Under the pieces are notes generated by a model. That model was not told where the DNA came from, did no database searches, and saw only the letters and a list, made by a program, of their open reading frames with translations. 64,000 bases of DNA. It comes from an uncultured SAR92 cluster bacterium. GTDB taxonomy: Bacteria; Pseudomonadota; Gammaproteobacteria; Pseudomonadales; Porticoccaceae. The translations under genes and the position numbers were made by a program. Positions 18,779 to 32,755 of this stretch are shown piece after piece. Each line of letters begins with the position of its first letter. Position 1 is the first letter of the stretch. The stretch lies in NCBI GenBank assembly GCA_902596775.1, contig CACJVE010000006.1, positions 5,962 through 69,961 on the forward strand, in the 5' to 3' direction.

Positions 18779-20137
18779 TTATGTTTTAGGTCTTTGCCAA
18801 TTTTCAATATTCTTTTGCTTAGATCTCCCAATTCCCAAACAATTATTGGGTACATCAGTAGTGATGGTAGATCCAGCTCCGACAAACGCTCCGTCTTTTA
18901 TGTGCACCGGTGCAACTAAAGTAGAATTTGATCCAATAAAAACGTTCGCTCCAATACTCGTTTTATGCTTACTTGTACCGTCATAATTGCAAGTAATCGT
19001 TCCCGCGCCAATATTCACATCTCTTTCTAAAATAGCATCACCAACATAAGCTAAATGATTTACTTTACTACCATCACCGATCATAGAGTTTTTTATTTCC
19101 ACAAAGTTCCCAACTTTTGCGTTAGGCATTACTTTTGTGTCTGGTCTCAATCTCGCATACGGACCAATAGTGGTGTTCTCATGTACGTGAGATTTTTCAA
19201 TTATTGAATTAGCCTTAATACGAGCACCGTCCGCAATTTTACTATCAATAATTAAACAGTTTGACTCGATATGGACCTCGCTACCGAGAACGTTCTCTCC
19301 TTCAAAAATACAGTTAATATCAATAAAACAGTCCGCCCCAGCAGAAAGTGTTCCTCTTTGATCAAAACGATTAGGATCTGCAATAGTAGTACCAGAATCC
19401 ATCAAGTTTTGAGCTTGTATAAGCTGATAACTTCTTTCCAAATTACTTAGCTGTTTTTTGTCATTCACACCCTGAACCTCGATTAATTGACTCGGCGAGA
19501 CAGTTTTAACGGCTAAACCACTGCTTCTCGCCAATTTTATAATATCGGTTAAATAATACTCTTTTTGTGCATTTTGGTTATTAATCTTTGGTAACAAAGA
19601 TTTAAGTTGAGTATCTGTAAGAGCAATAACCCCTGTATTCACCTCATTTATCCGTAACTGATCAGGAGACGCGTCCTTTTGCTCTACAATTTCCTGAACA
19701 CTATTATTGCGATCTCTCACAATTCGTCCATAGCCTTCAGGGCTATCAATATTAACCGTTAGTAGTCCGATTGTATCTGAAGAAACTTTGCTAATAAGTA
19801 CTTTGATCGTTTCAACTTCAATACAAGGCACGTCTCCATAGAGAATCACCACTTTTGAATTAGTTTTTAGTTTTGGAACAGCGACCGATACAGCATGTGC
19901 AGTTCCGAGCTGCTCTTTTTGTTTTACAAAGCTAATATTTTCAGAATGTAGATGTTTTTCAACCTGTTTAGCTTGATAGCCAGTTACAACAATTGGTTTT
20001 CGAGCACCAACGGATTGTGCAGTTTTCACCACGCGACTTAATAAAGAAATACCCGCTAGTTTTTGCAATACCTTGGAGCTAGCTGAGTACATTCGGCTAC
20101 CTTTACCTGCTGCAAGAATAACGACTTCAATATTCAT
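18779..20137 (-). CDS. glmU: Bifunctional UDP-N-acetylglucosamine pyrophosphorylase / GlcN-1-P acetyltransferase
   Basis: It contains the ILAAGKGSRM motif and C-terminal left-handed beta-helix hexapeptide repeats. The start is placed at MNIEVVILAAG (20137). The ORF is open to 20221. Confidence 0.95.
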   Translation of the reverse strand: MNIEVVILAAGKGSRMYSASSKVLQKLAGISLLSRVVKTAQSVGARKPIVVTGYQAKQVEKHLHSENISFVKQKEQLGTAHAVSVAVPKLKTNSKVVILYGDVPCIEVETIKVLISKVSSDTIGLLTVNIDSPEGYGRIVRDRNNSVQEIVEQKDASPDQLRINEVNTGVIALTDTQLKSLLPKINNQNAQKEYYLTDIIKLARSSGLAVKTVSPSQLIEVQGVNDKKQLSNLERSYQLIQAQNLMDSGTTIADPNRFDQRGTLSAGADCFIDINCIFEGENVLGSEVHIESNCLIIDSKIADGARIKANSIIEKSHVHENTTIGPYARLRPDTKVMPNAKVGNFVEIKNSMIGDGSKVNHLAYVGDAILERDVNIGAGTITCNYDGTSKHKTSIGANVFIGSNSTLVAPVHIKDGAFVGAGSTITTDVPNNCLGIGRSKQKNIENWQRPKT

Positions 20138-20241
20138 ATTTTCAAGGTCTTTACTATTTTGACGACGCAGATTAACTGAATTAAAAACAAGATCCAAGCG
20201 CCATAAAATTAAGAATAGCACTGCCTCAATGAAAAAATATA

Positions 20242-20667
20242 TTACTTACCTAATTTTTTCTTTAGCGCGCGCACCGTCCGAAGCTGAGCAGTAGCTTCGG
20301 CAAGCATCGATGCAGCTTTAGAGTATTCAATATCACCGCTATTATTGCCTACATCATTTTCAGCATCTTTAACAGCTTGCGCAGCCGCAGCTTCGTCAAT
20401 GTTATCTGCCCGAATTGCGGTGTCAGCTAAAACCGCGATTCCGCTCGGTTGCACCTCTACGTAACCGCCAGATAAAAAATATACTTCTTCAGTATCGTCA
20501 GTTTTGATTATTCTTACCGGCCCTGGTTTCAAATCACTCAATAAAGCCGCATGCCCGGGCATTATACCCATTTCTCCGGTCGAGCCAGTGATAACCAGCA
20601 TTTTTACAGACCCCTGAAAAATGCTTTCACTTGCACTTACTATTTCACAATGAACACTCGCGGCCAT
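20242..20667 (-). CDS. atpC: F1 ATP synthase epsilon subunit
   Basis: 141 aa. It is the last gene of the atp operon and has typical epsilon N-terminal beta-sandwich sequence (GEMGIMPGHAALLS). Confidence 0.95.
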   Translation of the reverse strand: MAASVHCEIVSASESIFQGSVKMLVITGSTGEMGIMPGHAALLSDLKPGPVRIIKTDDTEEVYFLSGGYVEVQPSGIAVLADTAIRADNIDEAAAAQAVKDAENDVGNNSGDIEYSKAASMLAEATAQLRTVRALKKKLGK

Positions 20668-20685
20668 CGACTTATGATCCTTTGT

Positions 20686-22095
<1,410 letters not shown>

Positions 22096-22117
22096 TCACA
22101 TAACCTTAAACATTCTT

Positions 22118-22978
22118 TTAAACGGCAGATGCACCGCCAACTATTTCCGACAATTCTTGTGTAATTGCAGCTTGCCTTGCTTTGTTGTAAAGAAGCTGTA
22201 ACTCGTCAATAAGATCACCTGCATTATCGGTGGCATTTTTCATTGCCAACATCCGAGCAGCTTGCTCACATGCTTTATTTTCGACGACCCCTTGATAGAC
22301 TTGAGACTCAATATATCGAATTAGAAGACCATCAATTAATTCCTTTGCATCAGGCTCATAAATATAATCCCAATGATAAGATAGCTCGCTATTATCACTG
22401 GGCTCTAATGGAAGTATTTGTTCCACTCTAGGGGATTGCGTCATCGTATTAACGAACTCGTTAGTTACAAGCATCAGTTGATCTATTTCACTATTGTCAT
22501 AAGCATCAAGCATTACTTTTATGCCACCAATCAGATCATCTATTTGCGGCTCTTCACCAACATCCTTGATAGTAGCAACGACATTGCCTCCAACTGAGGA
22601 AAAAAAACTCACGCCCTTATTGCCAATGACACATAAATTTATATTTATGTTTTTATCTGAAAACTCTTTTATTTCTCGAAGAGCACATTTAAAAAGATTA
22701 ATATTTAGACCGCCACATAATCCTCTGTCAGTGGATATAATAATAAATCCTACTCTTTTAACATCTCTCTTAATTAAATAACGGTGCTTGTACTCTGATG
22801 ATGATTTTGCAATATGCCCAACAACTTTTCTGATGTGTCTTGAATAAGGCTTACCAAGTAACATTTTATCTTGGGCCTTTCGCATTTTACTCGCGGCAAC
22901 CATTTCCATTGCACTCGTTATCTTTTGAGTGCTGCTGATACTCGCAATTTTTGTTTTTACTTCTTTGCCAATAGCCAT
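22118..22978 (-). CDS. atpG: F1 ATP synthase gamma subunit
   Basis: 286 aa with an N-terminal [29 protein letters not shown] and C-terminal [12 protein letters not shown]. Confidence 0.97.
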   Translation of the reverse strand: MAIGKEVKTKIASISSTQKITSAMEMVAASKMRKAQDKMLLGKPYSRHIRKVVGHIAKSSSEYKHRYLIKRDVKRVGFIIISTDRGLCGGLNINLFKCALREIKEFSDKNININLCVIGNKGVSFFSSVGGNVVATIKDVGEEPQIDDLIGGIKVMLDAYDNSEIDQLMLVTNEFVNTMTQSPRVEQILPLEPSDNSELSYHWDYIYEPDAKELIDGLLIRYIESQVYQGVVENKACEQAARMLAMKNATDNAGDLIDELQLLYNKARQAAITQELSEIVGGASAV

Positions 22979-22993
22979 TGTCTAGACGGGCCT

Positions 22994-24538
22994 TTACCAA
23001 GTTCCAGTGGAGGCAAATTTTTCAAGTGCCTTAGTAAATGTTGACTCTATCTCATCGTTATAATCACCATTTTCATTTATCTTTGCCATGAGTTCTTTAT
23101 GGTCAGTGTTCATGTATGACAGTAACGCACTTTCAAAATCATTTATCTTTTCTACCAAAACATCTTTCAAAAAGCCTTTGTCTGCCGCAAATACCATAAC
23201 ACCCATTTCCGCAACGCTAAGCGGTGAATATTGCTTCTGCTTCATTAATTCCGTAACTCGTTCACCATGATCAAGTTGAGCTTTAGTTGCCTCATCTAAA
23301 TCTGAAGCAAACTGAGAGAAAGCAGCCAATTCTCTGTATTGTGCCAACGCTGTCCTAATTCCACCCGACAATTTCTTCATGATTTTTGTTTGTGCCGCTC
23401 CGCCAACTCTTGACACAGAAATACCGGCATTCATTGCAGGTCGAACTCCAGCGTTAAACATGTCAGCTTCTAAAAAGATTTGACCATCTGTTATGGATAT
23501 CACGTTAGTTGGAACAAAAGCAGATACATCACCCGCTTGAGTCTCAATCACTGGAAGCGCAGTCAGAGAACCAGTCTTCCCTTTCACTTTGCCTTTCGTG
23601 AACTTTTCTACATAGTCTGCATTAACTCGTGCCCCTCTCTCTAGTAGTCTCGAGTGCAAATAAAAAACGTCCCCCGGATACGCTTCTCGACCAGGCGGTC
23701 TTCGCAAAAGTAATGATATTTGCCGATAAGCTACGGCTTGTTTTGTAAGATCATCATAAATAATCAATGCATCTTGCCCACGGTCACGGTAATACTCCCC
23801 CATGGTGCATCCTGCAAATGGCGCTAAAAATTGCATTGCTGCTGCATCTGCGGCCGATGCAGAAACAACTATGGTATGGCCCATAGCTCCGTGCTCTTCT
23901 AACTTTCTAACTACTGCCGCTACAGAAGCTGCTTTTTGGCCAACAGCTACGTAGACACATTTAATCCCTGAATCTTTTTGATTAATAATTGCATCAACAG
24001 CAATTGCTGTTTTTCCAATTTGTCTGTCTCCAATTATTAGCTCCCTTTGACCCCTCCCAATTGGCACCATTGCATCAACCGCTTTAAGGCCAATCTGAAC
24101 TGGCTGATCAACGGACTGTCTGTCAATAACACCAGGCGCTACTTTTTCTAAGGCATCAGTCAACTTCGCATTGATTGGTCCTTTACCATCGATAGGGTTT
24201 CCTAATGCATCTATTACCCTACCCTCTAACTCAGGCCCAACAGGAACTTCTAAAACTTTACCTGTACACCGAACTCGTCCTCCTTCAGCGAGAGCTTGAT
24301 AGTCACCTAAAACAACGGCACCAACGGAATCACGCTCTAAATTTAGAGCCATTCCAAACATGCCTCCATCAAATTCAATCATCTCTCCATACATAACGTC
24401 TTCAAGACCATGAATTCTGATAATACCGTCAGAAACGGAAACTATTGTTCCCTCATTTCTTGATTCAGCAGAGACGTCAAGATTATCAATTCGGTCCTTA
24501 ATTATTTCACTAATTTCAGACGGGTTTAATTGTTGCAT
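22994..24538 (-). CDS. atpA: F1 ATP synthase alpha subunit
   Basis: 514 aa with Walker [10 protein letters not shown]. Confidence 0.98.
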   Translation of the reverse strand: MQQLNPSEISEIIKDRIDNLDVSAESRNEGTIVSVSDGIIRIHGLEDVMYGEMIEFDGGMFGMALNLERDSVGAVVLGDYQALAEGGRVRCTGKVLEVPVGPELEGRVIDALGNPIDGKGPINAKLTDALEKVAPGVIDRQSVDQPVQIGLKAVDAMVPIGRGQRELIIGDRQIGKTAIAVDAIINQKDSGIKCVYVAVGQKAASVAAVVRKLEEHGAMGHTIVVSASAADAAAMQFLAPFAGCTMGEYYRDRGQDALIIYDDLTKQAVAYRQISLLLRRPPGREAYPGDVFYLHSRLLERGARVNADYVEKFTKGKVKGKTGSLTALPVIETQAGDVSAFVPTNVISITDGQIFLEADMFNAGVRPAMNAGISVSRVGGAAQTKIMKKLSGGIRTALAQYRELAAFSQFASDLDEATKAQLDHGERVTELMKQKQYSPLSVAEMGVMVFAADKGFLKDVLVEKINDFESALLSYMNTDHKELMAKINENGDYNDEIESTFTKALEKFASTGTW

Positions 24539-24555
24539 TTCAGAAACCTCAATAC

Positions 24556-25092
24556 TCAGGTGTTTAACGAATCGGCGAGTTTAGTCAATTTACCTCTTAT
24601 GGAGTTATCAATAACCATATCTCCAGCTTGAATAACTGCGCCGCCTAATAAGTCTTTATCGATCAAAACTTGTACGCTTATTTTTCTTTTTAAATTCTCC
24701 GCCAAGGCGGAAGAAAGTTTTTTCAATTGAACATCGTTTGGCTTTTCTGTAACTGTCAGGGCTATCTCTATTACTGCCTCTCGATTTGCTTTTAAAGCTT
24801 CAAATTGCCGAGTTATAAAGGGTGCTAAAGATAATCTTCTATTTTCCACTAAAAGCTTTATAAAATTTTCGAATGCTGTTGGAATGTCTTCTTGATATGT
24901 TCCAAGTATCGTATCAACTAACTCATTAGAACCTAAGCTAGGCTGGCCAAGAATTTCTTTAGCTAATGGGTTTTGAATTATCTCGGATAAATACTTTAAA
25001 TATTTCAACCAATCTTCAATTACACTTTTCTCGATAGAGTATTCAAATGCTGCTTTCGAATATGGTCTTGCTAAAGTAGATAATTCATTCAT
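24556..25092 (-). CDS. atpH: F1 ATP synthase delta subunit
   Basis: 178 aa. Called from operon position and the [11 protein letters not shown]-terminus. Confidence 0.93.
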   Translation of the reverse strand: MNELSTLARPYSKAAFEYSIEKSVIEDWLKYLKYLSEIIQNPLAKEILGQPSLGSNELVDTILGTYQEDIPTAFENFIKLLVENRRLSLAPFITRQFEALKANREAVIEIALTVTEKPNDVQLKKLSSALAENLKRKISVQVLIDKDLLGGAVIQAGDMVIDNSIRGKLTKLADSLNT

Positions 25093-25105
25093 GAGATTTC
25101 AAAAT

Positions 25106-25576
25106 TTAAAGTTCTTGAGCCAATTTATCTAACAAATCTTTATTTGTTTCACTGTCAACTGATTTCTCGAGGATTTTTTCAGCGCCCGCAATAGCTAATT
25201 CAGATACAGATTTTCTAAGTTTTTCCTTTGCTCTGTTAATTTCAAGATCTATCTCAGACTGAGCCGCAATTTTAATTCTTTCACCCTCATCAGACGCTTT
25301 AATCTTTGCCTCTTCGATAATTTGGCTCGCGCGTTTATTTGCTTGATCAATAATGACAGATGCTTCACTTTTCGCATCATCTATCTTCCTATCTATTTCG
25401 AGTTTGGTTTCCGCTAATTCTCTCGTTGCTTTCTCAGCAAAATTTAATCCATCTTCGATTTTCTTTTGACGCTCCTCTAGAGAAGTTAAAATCACCGGCC
25501 AAACGAACTTCATACAAAACCAAACAAAGATAGCGAATGTCACCATTTGACCGAATAACGTCAAATTAATATTCAT
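25106..25576 (-). CDS. atpF: Fo ATP synthase subunit b
   Basis: 156 aa with a single N-terminal TM helix followed by a long charged helix. Operon position supports the call. Confidence 0.93.
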   Translation of the reverse strand: MNINLTLFGQMVTFAIFVWFCMKFVWPVILTSLEERQKKIEDGLNFAEKATRELAETKLEIDRKIDDAKSEASVIIDQANKRASQIIEEAKIKASDEGERIKIAAQSEIDLEINRAKEKLRKSVSELAIAGAEKILEKSVDSETNKDLLDKLAQEL

Positions 25577-25609
25577 TGTTGAGCCTCAAATTTATCTATT
25601 TGGGTTTGA

Positions 25610-25843
<234 letters not shown>

Positions 25844-25873
25844 TTAAGACTCCTTTATTTAAGTTAAGTTAAG

Positions 25874-26947
<1,074 letters not shown>

Positions 26948-26982
26948 CTATACCGCTAAGATTACTCATTGTTACCGTATCA

Positions 26983-27423
26983 TTATTCATAATTTTGACT
27001 ACCGATAACCTTGCTCATTATCAGTGATAACATTAATTGTACAACATTCATCATTATAAAAACTCCAAAAATCAAGTATGGGTCTACTGTTGGAAAAAGG
27101 ATAAATGTTCCCATAAATAGCACGGCCGCTAAAATATATTTTCCCGTTGTTCCTTTGTATAAGGCGGAGACAACTTTTTTCATCGTGATATTTCTTCGAC
27201 TAAAAAACACTTTATAAAACCAAAGATGAGGCCCTAAAAATATCAAACCACCACTCAAAATCGAAAGGCCTGTATGAATATCAATCAAAATAAAATAAAA
27301 AGAAATTACAAACAGAAATATGGTAGGAAATTTTAATGCATTAAAATACAAATGCCTGTAATTATTTGTCATAAATATATTGATTAACTGAATATAGCAC
27401 CGGGTCGAATTATATGAGGTCAT
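26983..27423 (-). CDS. atpI: ATP synthase protein I
   Basis: Small polytopic membrane protein immediately upstream of atpB. Called from position and hydrophobicity only. Confidence 0.7.
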   Translation of the reverse strand: MTSYNSTRCYIQLINIFMTNNYRHLYFNALKFPTIFLFVISFYFILIDIHTGLSILSGGLIFLGPHLWFYKVFFSRRNITMKKVVSALYKGTTGKYILAAVLFMGTFILFPTVDPYLIFGVFIMMNVVQLMLSLIMSKVIGSQNYE

Positions 27424-27474
27424 AAGCGACTATTCAATAAAACTTTTACCTAAGCCACAATACATTTAGCAATG

Positions 27475-28335
27475 CTATAGCTTGTCTATGATCCCTTGCA
27501 GTTGGTCATTGTTAAAGTATTGAATAACTAATTTACCAGATCCATTTCCCTTGTGTTGGATGATAACAGGTGATCCTATTTTTTCTGAAAGTTCATTTTG
27601 AAGGTTCAAAATATCTGCATCAATAGAATTTTTAATCTTTGATGATTGAATCTTACTAAAATCGCCTTTGAACGTCTTAACCAGTACTTCCGTTTGTCTG
27701 ACCGTAAGATTGGATTCAATGATCTTTTTACATGCTGCCACTTGTTTCAAGCCTGTCAACCCAAGTAAACACTTTGCATGACCCAGTTCAATTTCACCAT
27801 CTTCTAAATAACTTAAAACCTCGCCCTGTAAAGCAATTAGTCTTATCAAATTAGTCACAGAGGATCTTGGCTTGCTTACTACTTGTGCAACCTGTTGCTG
27901 GGTTAAGTTAAACTCCTCTTGAAGACGAATTAAAGCTCTTCCCTCCTCAACAACATTTAAGTCTTCCCTCTGGATATTCTCTATCAGAGACATGGCCAAA
28001 GTTTGTTCATCTGTCAAATCCTTAAGTAAAGCCGGGACTTTTTCTAATCCTATTTGTTGACAAGCTCTCCAACGACGCTCGCCTGCTACGATTTCAAATA
28101 AATCTTCATCGATTTTTCTTAAGACAAGTGGTTGCATTACTCCATGTTGTTCTATCGACTTCGCTAACTCATCAATCCTAGCAGGATCTAACTTTCTTCT
28201 CGGTTGATATCTTCCACGAGTCAAAAATTTAATTGGTATATTTATTAACTCTTCAGTATCAAACTGAGCATCGTCATTTGCTACACCTAGCAATGCGCTT
28301 AAATCTGTTCCAAGACTTTTCCTACTCTTTGTCAT
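27475..28335 (-). CDS. parB: Chromosome partitioning protein ParB
   Basis: 286 aa with the ParB box IVAGERRWRA, an HTH (LTQQQVAQVV) and a C-terminal dimerisation region. Confidence 0.95.
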   Translation of the reverse strand: MTKSRKSLGTDLSALLGVANDDAQFDTEELINIPIKFLTRGRYQPRRKLDPARIDELAKSIEQHGVMQPLVLRKIDEDLFEIVAGERRWRACQQIGLEKVPALLKDLTDEQTLAMSLIENIQREDLNVVEEGRALIRLQEEFNLTQQQVAQVVSKPRSSVTNLIRLIALQGEVLSYLEDGEIELGHAKCLLGLTGLKQVAACKKIIESNLTVRQTEVLVKTFKGDFSKIQSSKIKNSIDADILNLQNELSEKIGSPVIIQHKGNGSGKLVIQYFNNDQLQGIIDKL

Positions 28336-28355
28336 AATCGTCTATCCATGAAGTT

Positions 28356-29156
28356 TTATATCTCCATTTTTTCGTATTTTAATATCTCGCCAGCTAATGC
28401 CAAATAGGCAAGTGATCCTTTTGAATTTTTATCATAGAAATAAGCAGGTAAGCCGTGACTTGGAGCTTCTGCTAACCTTACATTTCTGGGGATACTTGAT
28501 CTATACATTTTGCTACCAAAGTATTCTCGAAGTTGTGCAGATACTGCATTAGTTAGACTATTTCTTGGGTCATACATAGTTCTCAAAATACCCTGTATTT
28601 TCAATTCTTTGTTTAACAACGACGAGATCTGCTCGATTGTCTTGTTCAGGTCAGCCAAACCCTCTAATGAAAAATACTCACATTGCATCGGTATAATAAC
28701 GCCTTTACTAGCTACTAATGCATTGATTGTCAGTAAATTTAGTGTAGGCGGACAATCAATCACAATGTAATCATAAAGTTCTGATACTAAATCAAAATTT
28801 CTCTTTAACGCGGTTTCACGAGAATCGCTCTGCATTAATTCAACTTCGCCAGCGACAAGATTTCTGTTTGCAGGAAGAACATCAAAATTCCCACTTGGTT
28901 TACTTTTAATTACATCTTTAATTGAATTTTTAAATGTAATTGCTTCATACAGAGTCAGAGAGCATTTGTTTTTATCTACCCCTGAACCCATCGTGGCGTT
29001 TCCTTGTGGATCACAATCTACGAGGAGAACACGCTTTTTATAGACTCCTAAAGACGCAGCAAGATTTATGGCTGTTGTCGTTTTACCAACGCCACCTTTT
29101 TGATTAGCTATGGAAATAATATTGGTCAATTGATTATTTCTTAAATTTAATTTCAA
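28356..29156 (-). CDS. parA: Chromosome partitioning ATPase ParA/Soj
   Basis: It has the deviant Walker A NQKGGVGKTT. An alternative TTG start at 29129 would remove the 23-nt overlap with rsmG. Confidence 0.95.
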   Translation of the reverse strand: MKLNLRNNQLTNIISIANQKGGVGKTTTAINLAASLGVYKKRVLLVDCDPQGNATMGSGVDKNKCSLTLYEAITFKNSIKDVIKSKPSGNFDVLPANRNLVAGEVELMQSDSRETALKRNFDLVSELYDYIVIDCPPTLNLLTINALVASKGVIIPMQCEYFSLEGLADLNKTIEQISSLLNKELKIQGILRTMYDPRNSLTNAVSAQLREYFGSKMYRSSIPRNVRLAEAPSHGLPAYFYDKNSKGSLAYLALAGEILKYEKMEI

Positions 29157-29790
29157 GGATATGTCTGTTTTTATTTAACATAGGAACTATTACTTTGTGT
29201 TTGTTTGTGACCTTATATTGTTTAGGCAGTTGACTCAACTCAGATTCTGATATGTGACCTTTCATTGCCAGAAAACTCCCGTTATCTCTTAAAAGATGCT
29301 GAGTAAAATTAACCATTTTCTCAACTGAGCTAAATGCTCGGCTTATAATATGATCGAACTTATCTTCTGTTTGATAATTTTCTACCCGAGCTTTAATAAT
29401 CCTGACATTTTTTACAGACAAATGTGTCTTTATTTGATTCAAAAATATTGTTTTTTTTTGAGAACTGTCTAACAAGACAAAAGCTTTGTTAGGGAAAATC
29501 AATGCCAACGGTAACCCTGGAAAGCCGGGACCGGTTCCAACATCAATTATTTTTTCGCCACTTAAATACTTGTTAACAGATAAACTATCTAAAAGGTGAT
29601 TAGTAATTATCTCTTGGCTATCAGAAATGGCGGTTAGATTATGAATTTTGTTCCATTTCCTTAAATAAAAAACAAATTTAGAAAATTTTTGAATCTGAAT
29701 ACCAGATAAATTTATTCCTAGTTCCGCAGAACCTGTTGTAAACAAATCTAATATTTTTTTATTTAATTGATAGCTCCGATCAAGCTGCAT
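29134..29790 (-). CDS. rsmG: 16S rRNA (guanine527-N7)-methyltransferase
   Basis: 218 aa with the SAM motif [14 protein letters not shown]. Its position after mnmG supports the call. Confidence 0.93.
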   Translation of the reverse strand: MQLDRSYQLNKKILDLFTTGSAELGINLSGIQIQKFSKFVFYLRKWNKIHNLTAISDSQEIITNHLLDSLSVNKYLSGEKIIDVGTGPGFPGLPLALIFPNKAFVLLDSSQKKTIFLNQIKTHLSVKNVRIIKARVENYQTEDKFDHIISRAFSSVEKMVNFTQHLLRDNGSFLAMKGHISESELSQLPKQYKVTNKHKVIVPMLNKNRHILEIKFKK

Positions 29791-31648
29791 GTTTTTTTAA
29801 TTGAATTAATAACAAAGAGATCGCTGCCGCCGTAATACCAGGAATTCTTATCGCTGCTGCTAATGACTCAGGTCTTGCATCCTCTAGTTTTTGCATAACC
29901 TCGTTAGATAGACCTTTTATATTTTGATATTCAAAATCAGAGGGAATTTTTAGTTTCTCATTTTTCTGTAACTTGATAATTTCTTGTTCTTGGCGCTTAA
30001 CATAACCTTCATACTTTATGTCGGTCTCTATCTGGTTCAAGTATTGGGTCTCTCCCATTTCCTGTTTAAATAATTGATTAATTTTTTGGTAATTAACCTC
30101 GGGTCTTTTAAGAAGATCATACAAGGAATATTCTCTGCTAATACTATGTGGCAAACTTTCGGATAAAGTTTCAACATTTTTTGTTTCTGGGTTTATCCAA
30201 GTATCTTTCAGTTTCTGCTTCTCTCTTTCAATACTCTCTTTCTTTTCACAGAAACTTCGCCACCTTGATTCCTCTACTATTCCCAAGGACTTTCCTATCT
30301 CCGTTAATCGAATATCCGCGTTATCTTCTCGCAAAAGTAGCCTGTATTCAGCTCTGCTGGTGAACATTCTATATGGCTCTTTTGTTCCAAAATTTATTAA
30401 ATCATCAACCAAAACACCAATATATGCCTGATCGCGTCGTGGATACCAAGGATCTTTTTCTAAAACATTTAAACTCGCATTCAACCCTGCTAATAATCCT
30501 TGTGCTGCTGCCTCCTCATAACCCGTGGTCCCATTGATTTGTCCAGCAAAATAGAGGTTTTTTATTATTTTCGATTGTAAACTGTGGTGCAAGTCCTGTG
30601 GGTTGAAAAAGTCATATTCAATCGCATATCCTGGTCGAGTTATTTGAGCCTTCTCGAAACCCTCAATTGTTCTCAAGAAGTTCAACTGTGTTTCAAACGG
30701 CATGCTAGTACTAATACCATTTGGATATAATTCGTTGGTATTCAACCCCTCCGGTTCAATAAAAATTTGATGTTTATCTCTATCTGGAAATCTGACAATT
30801 TTATCTTCTATTGAAGGGCAATATCGCGGACCAACCCCTTCGATTGTTCCAGTAAATAAAGGCGATTTATCTAAGGAGTCATGAATAATAGCGTGAGTTT
30901 GTTTATTAGTATGTGCGATCCAACAGCAAACTTGTTGTGGGTGCTGTTCAACCTCCCCGAGATAAGACATTACAGGCCTTTCTTTATCACCCCATTGTTC
31001 AGTTAAAAGGTTAAAGTTAACAGAACGCTTATCAACACGTGGTGGTGTTCCAGTTTTTAAGCGCTCAATTCTAAAAGGAAGCGACTTAAAATACCGAGCT
31101 AAAAGTATTGAAGATGAATCTCCTGCTCTTCCACCTGAAAAATTTTCTAAACCAACATGCATTTTTCCCGCTAGAAATGTACCAGCGGTCACTATCACTG
31201 TTTTTGAATGGAAAGATAAACCCTTTGATGCCTCAACACCGATAACCTTCTCTTTCTCGATTATTAAATTGTCAACTGATGCTTGAAAAATAGACAAGTT
31301 TTCTTGATTCTCTAAAAAGCTTCGAATAGCTGCCCTATAAAGTGATCTATCTGCTTGTGCTCTAGTTGCCCTCACTGCAGGTCCTTTTCGTCGATTTAAA
31401 ACCCTGAAGTGAATCCCGCTTAAATCAGCTGCTTTTGCCATAACTCCATCTAATGCATCGATTTCCTTTACAAGATGGGTTTTTCCAATACCACCTATTG
31501 ATGGGTTACACGACATTTGACCTAATGTTTCAATATTATGCGTTAATAAGAGTGTTTTGCAGCCCATACGAGCTGCTGCAAGAGACGCCTCTGTTCCTGC
31601 ATGTCCGCCACCAACAACAATAACGTCAAATTTATCTGAATAAATCAT
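29780..31648 (-). CDS. mnmG: tRNA uridine 5-carboxymethylaminomethyl modification enzyme
   Basis: 622 aa with the FAD motif [13 protein letters not shown] and conserved [17 protein letters not shown]. Confidence 0.97.
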   Translation of the reverse strand: MIYSDKFDVIVVGGGHAGTEASLAAARMGCKTLLLTHNIETLGQMSCNPSIGGIGKTHLVKEIDALDGVMAKAADLSGIHFRVLNRRKGPAVRATRAQADRSLYRAAIRSFLENQENLSIFQASVDNLIIEKEKVIGVEASKGLSFHSKTVIVTAGTFLAGKMHVGLENFSGGRAGDSSSILLARYFKSLPFRIERLKTGTPPRVDKRSVNFNLLTEQWGDKERPVMSYLGEVEQHPQQVCCWIAHTNKQTHAIIHDSLDKSPLFTGTIEGVGPRYCPSIEDKIVRFPDRDKHQIFIEPEGLNTNELYPNGISTSMPFETQLNFLRTIEGFEKAQITRPGYAIEYDFFNPQDLHHSLQSKIIKNLYFAGQINGTTGYEEAAAQGLLAGLNASLNVLEKDPWYPRRDQAYIGVLVDDLINFGTKEPYRMFTSRAEYRLLLREDNADIRLTEIGKSLGIVEESRWRSFCEKKESIEREKQKLKDTWINPETKNVETLSESLPHSISREYSLYDLLKRPEVNYQKINQLFKQEMGETQYLNQIETDIKYEGYVKRQEQEIIKLQKNEKLKIPSDFEYQNIKGLSNEVMQKLEDARPESLAAAIRIPGITAAAISLLLIQLKKHAA

Positions 31649-32010
31649 TATTTAAATCATATTTATAAAATATACATTATATATATATTTAGTTTATTTT
31701 TATTGTTATTAGTAAATAATTATTTGTTAATAACTTTAATTATAGTCATAAAATCAGATACTTAATTGAAATTTTAAGGTGAATGAACTGTATATATTAA
31801 GTAAAACTTTCAGTTAGTAAGTGTGTATCACTCAACAATAACTTTTATCACTTTGGGCAGTAATCTTAATTCTTTTACTTTCTGTGGATAATTTTTAAAA
31901 GAATACAGGTTTTTTTACAACTTATTCATCCTTACTAATTTAATGATAATCATTGTATTGTTCAAAGGATTTGATTAAACTCGCGACCAAACTTTATGGG
32001 GTATACATCC
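31649..32010. other. Candidate oriC / DNA-unwinding region (mnmG-rpmH divergent spacer)
   Basis: 362-nt non-coding spacer at the point where gene orientation switches from minus to plus. Positions 31649-31800 are roughly 90 percent A+T by eye. It contains one perfect DnaA box. Confidence 0.45.
31883..31891 (-). promoter_or_regulatory. Perfect DnaA box (TTATCCACA on the minus strand)
   Basis: The plus strand reads TGTGGATAA. Confidence 0.6.
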
Positions 32011-32145
32011 ATGAAAAGAACATTCCAGCCAAGTAACTTAAAGCGAAAGCGAACTCACGGCTTTAGAGCTCGTATGGCAACTGCTGGGGGAAGAGCAGTT
32101 TTAAATCGAAGAAGAGCGAAGGGAAGAAAAATACTTTCCGCTTAA
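32011..32145 (+). CDS. rpmH: 50S ribosomal protein L34
   Basis: Below the ORF-track cutoff. Manual translation gives [44 protein letters not shown] (44 aa), which is near-universal L34 sequence. Confidence 0.97.
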   Translation: MKRTFQPSNLKRKRTHGFRARMATAGGRAVLNRRRAKGRKILSA

Positions 32146-32150
32146 CTCTT

Positions 32151-32513
32151 TTGGGTAATCAATCTTTTTCAAAAATCAATAAGCTAACCTGCCCGTCTCA
32201 GTTCAACGCTGTCTTTTCAGATTGTGATCTAAGAATTCAGTTAAAAGGTTTCATAATGTTGGTAAAAAAAACCAACGATGAAAACTCTCGACTAGGATTA
32301 GTGATAGCAAAAAAAAATCTCCCTTTAGCGGCACAAAGAAATAAATTAAAGAGAATAGTGAGAGAGACGTTTCGCAAGAATAGATTTTCTCAATCGGTTG
32401 ATGTAGTGTTTCTAGCTCAGAAAGAGATTGTGAAATACCCTTTTTCTGATTTGAATGAAATGGTAGCAAAGGCATGGTCTAACCTTCAAAAGAAGCTGCA
32501 AAAATATGATTAA
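32151..32513 (+). CDS. rnpA: Ribonuclease P protein component
   Basis: 120 aa and basic. It has the conserved RLG..I.KK....A..RN..KR..RE motif and sits after rpmH. The TTG start is uncertain. Confidence 0.9.
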   Translation: MGNQSFSKINKLTCPSQFNAVFSDCDLRIQLKGFIMLVKKTNDENSRLGLVIAKKNLPLAAQRNKLKRIVRETFRKNRFSQSVDVVFLAQKEIVKYPFSDLNEMVAKAWSNLQKKLQKYD

Positions 32514-32733
32514 AAAATTTTTAATTAAAACAATAAGATTGTATCAATTAATATTGAGCCCTCTTCTAGGCTCAAACTGCAGGTTTGAACCCACTTGTTC
32601 ACAATACTTTATAGAAGCAGTTGAAATGAATGGCGCTTTAAAGGGCTCTGTGATGGGCATAAAAAGATTATTGAAATGTCATCCTTGGCATCCGGGGGGG
32701 TTCGATCCTGTTTGTAAAAATCATCAAAATTAA
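32506..32733 (+). CDS. yidD: Membrane protein insertion efficiency factor YidD
   Basis: 75 aa with [22 protein letters not shown]...[17 protein letters not shown]. It overlaps the rnpA stop by 8 nt. Confidence 0.95.
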   Translation: MIKKFLIKTIRLYQLILSPLLGSNCRFEPTCSQYFIEAVEMNGALKGSVMGIKRLLKCHPWHPGGFDPVCKNHQN

Positions 32734-32755
32734 AAATCTTATTTTGGATTAATTA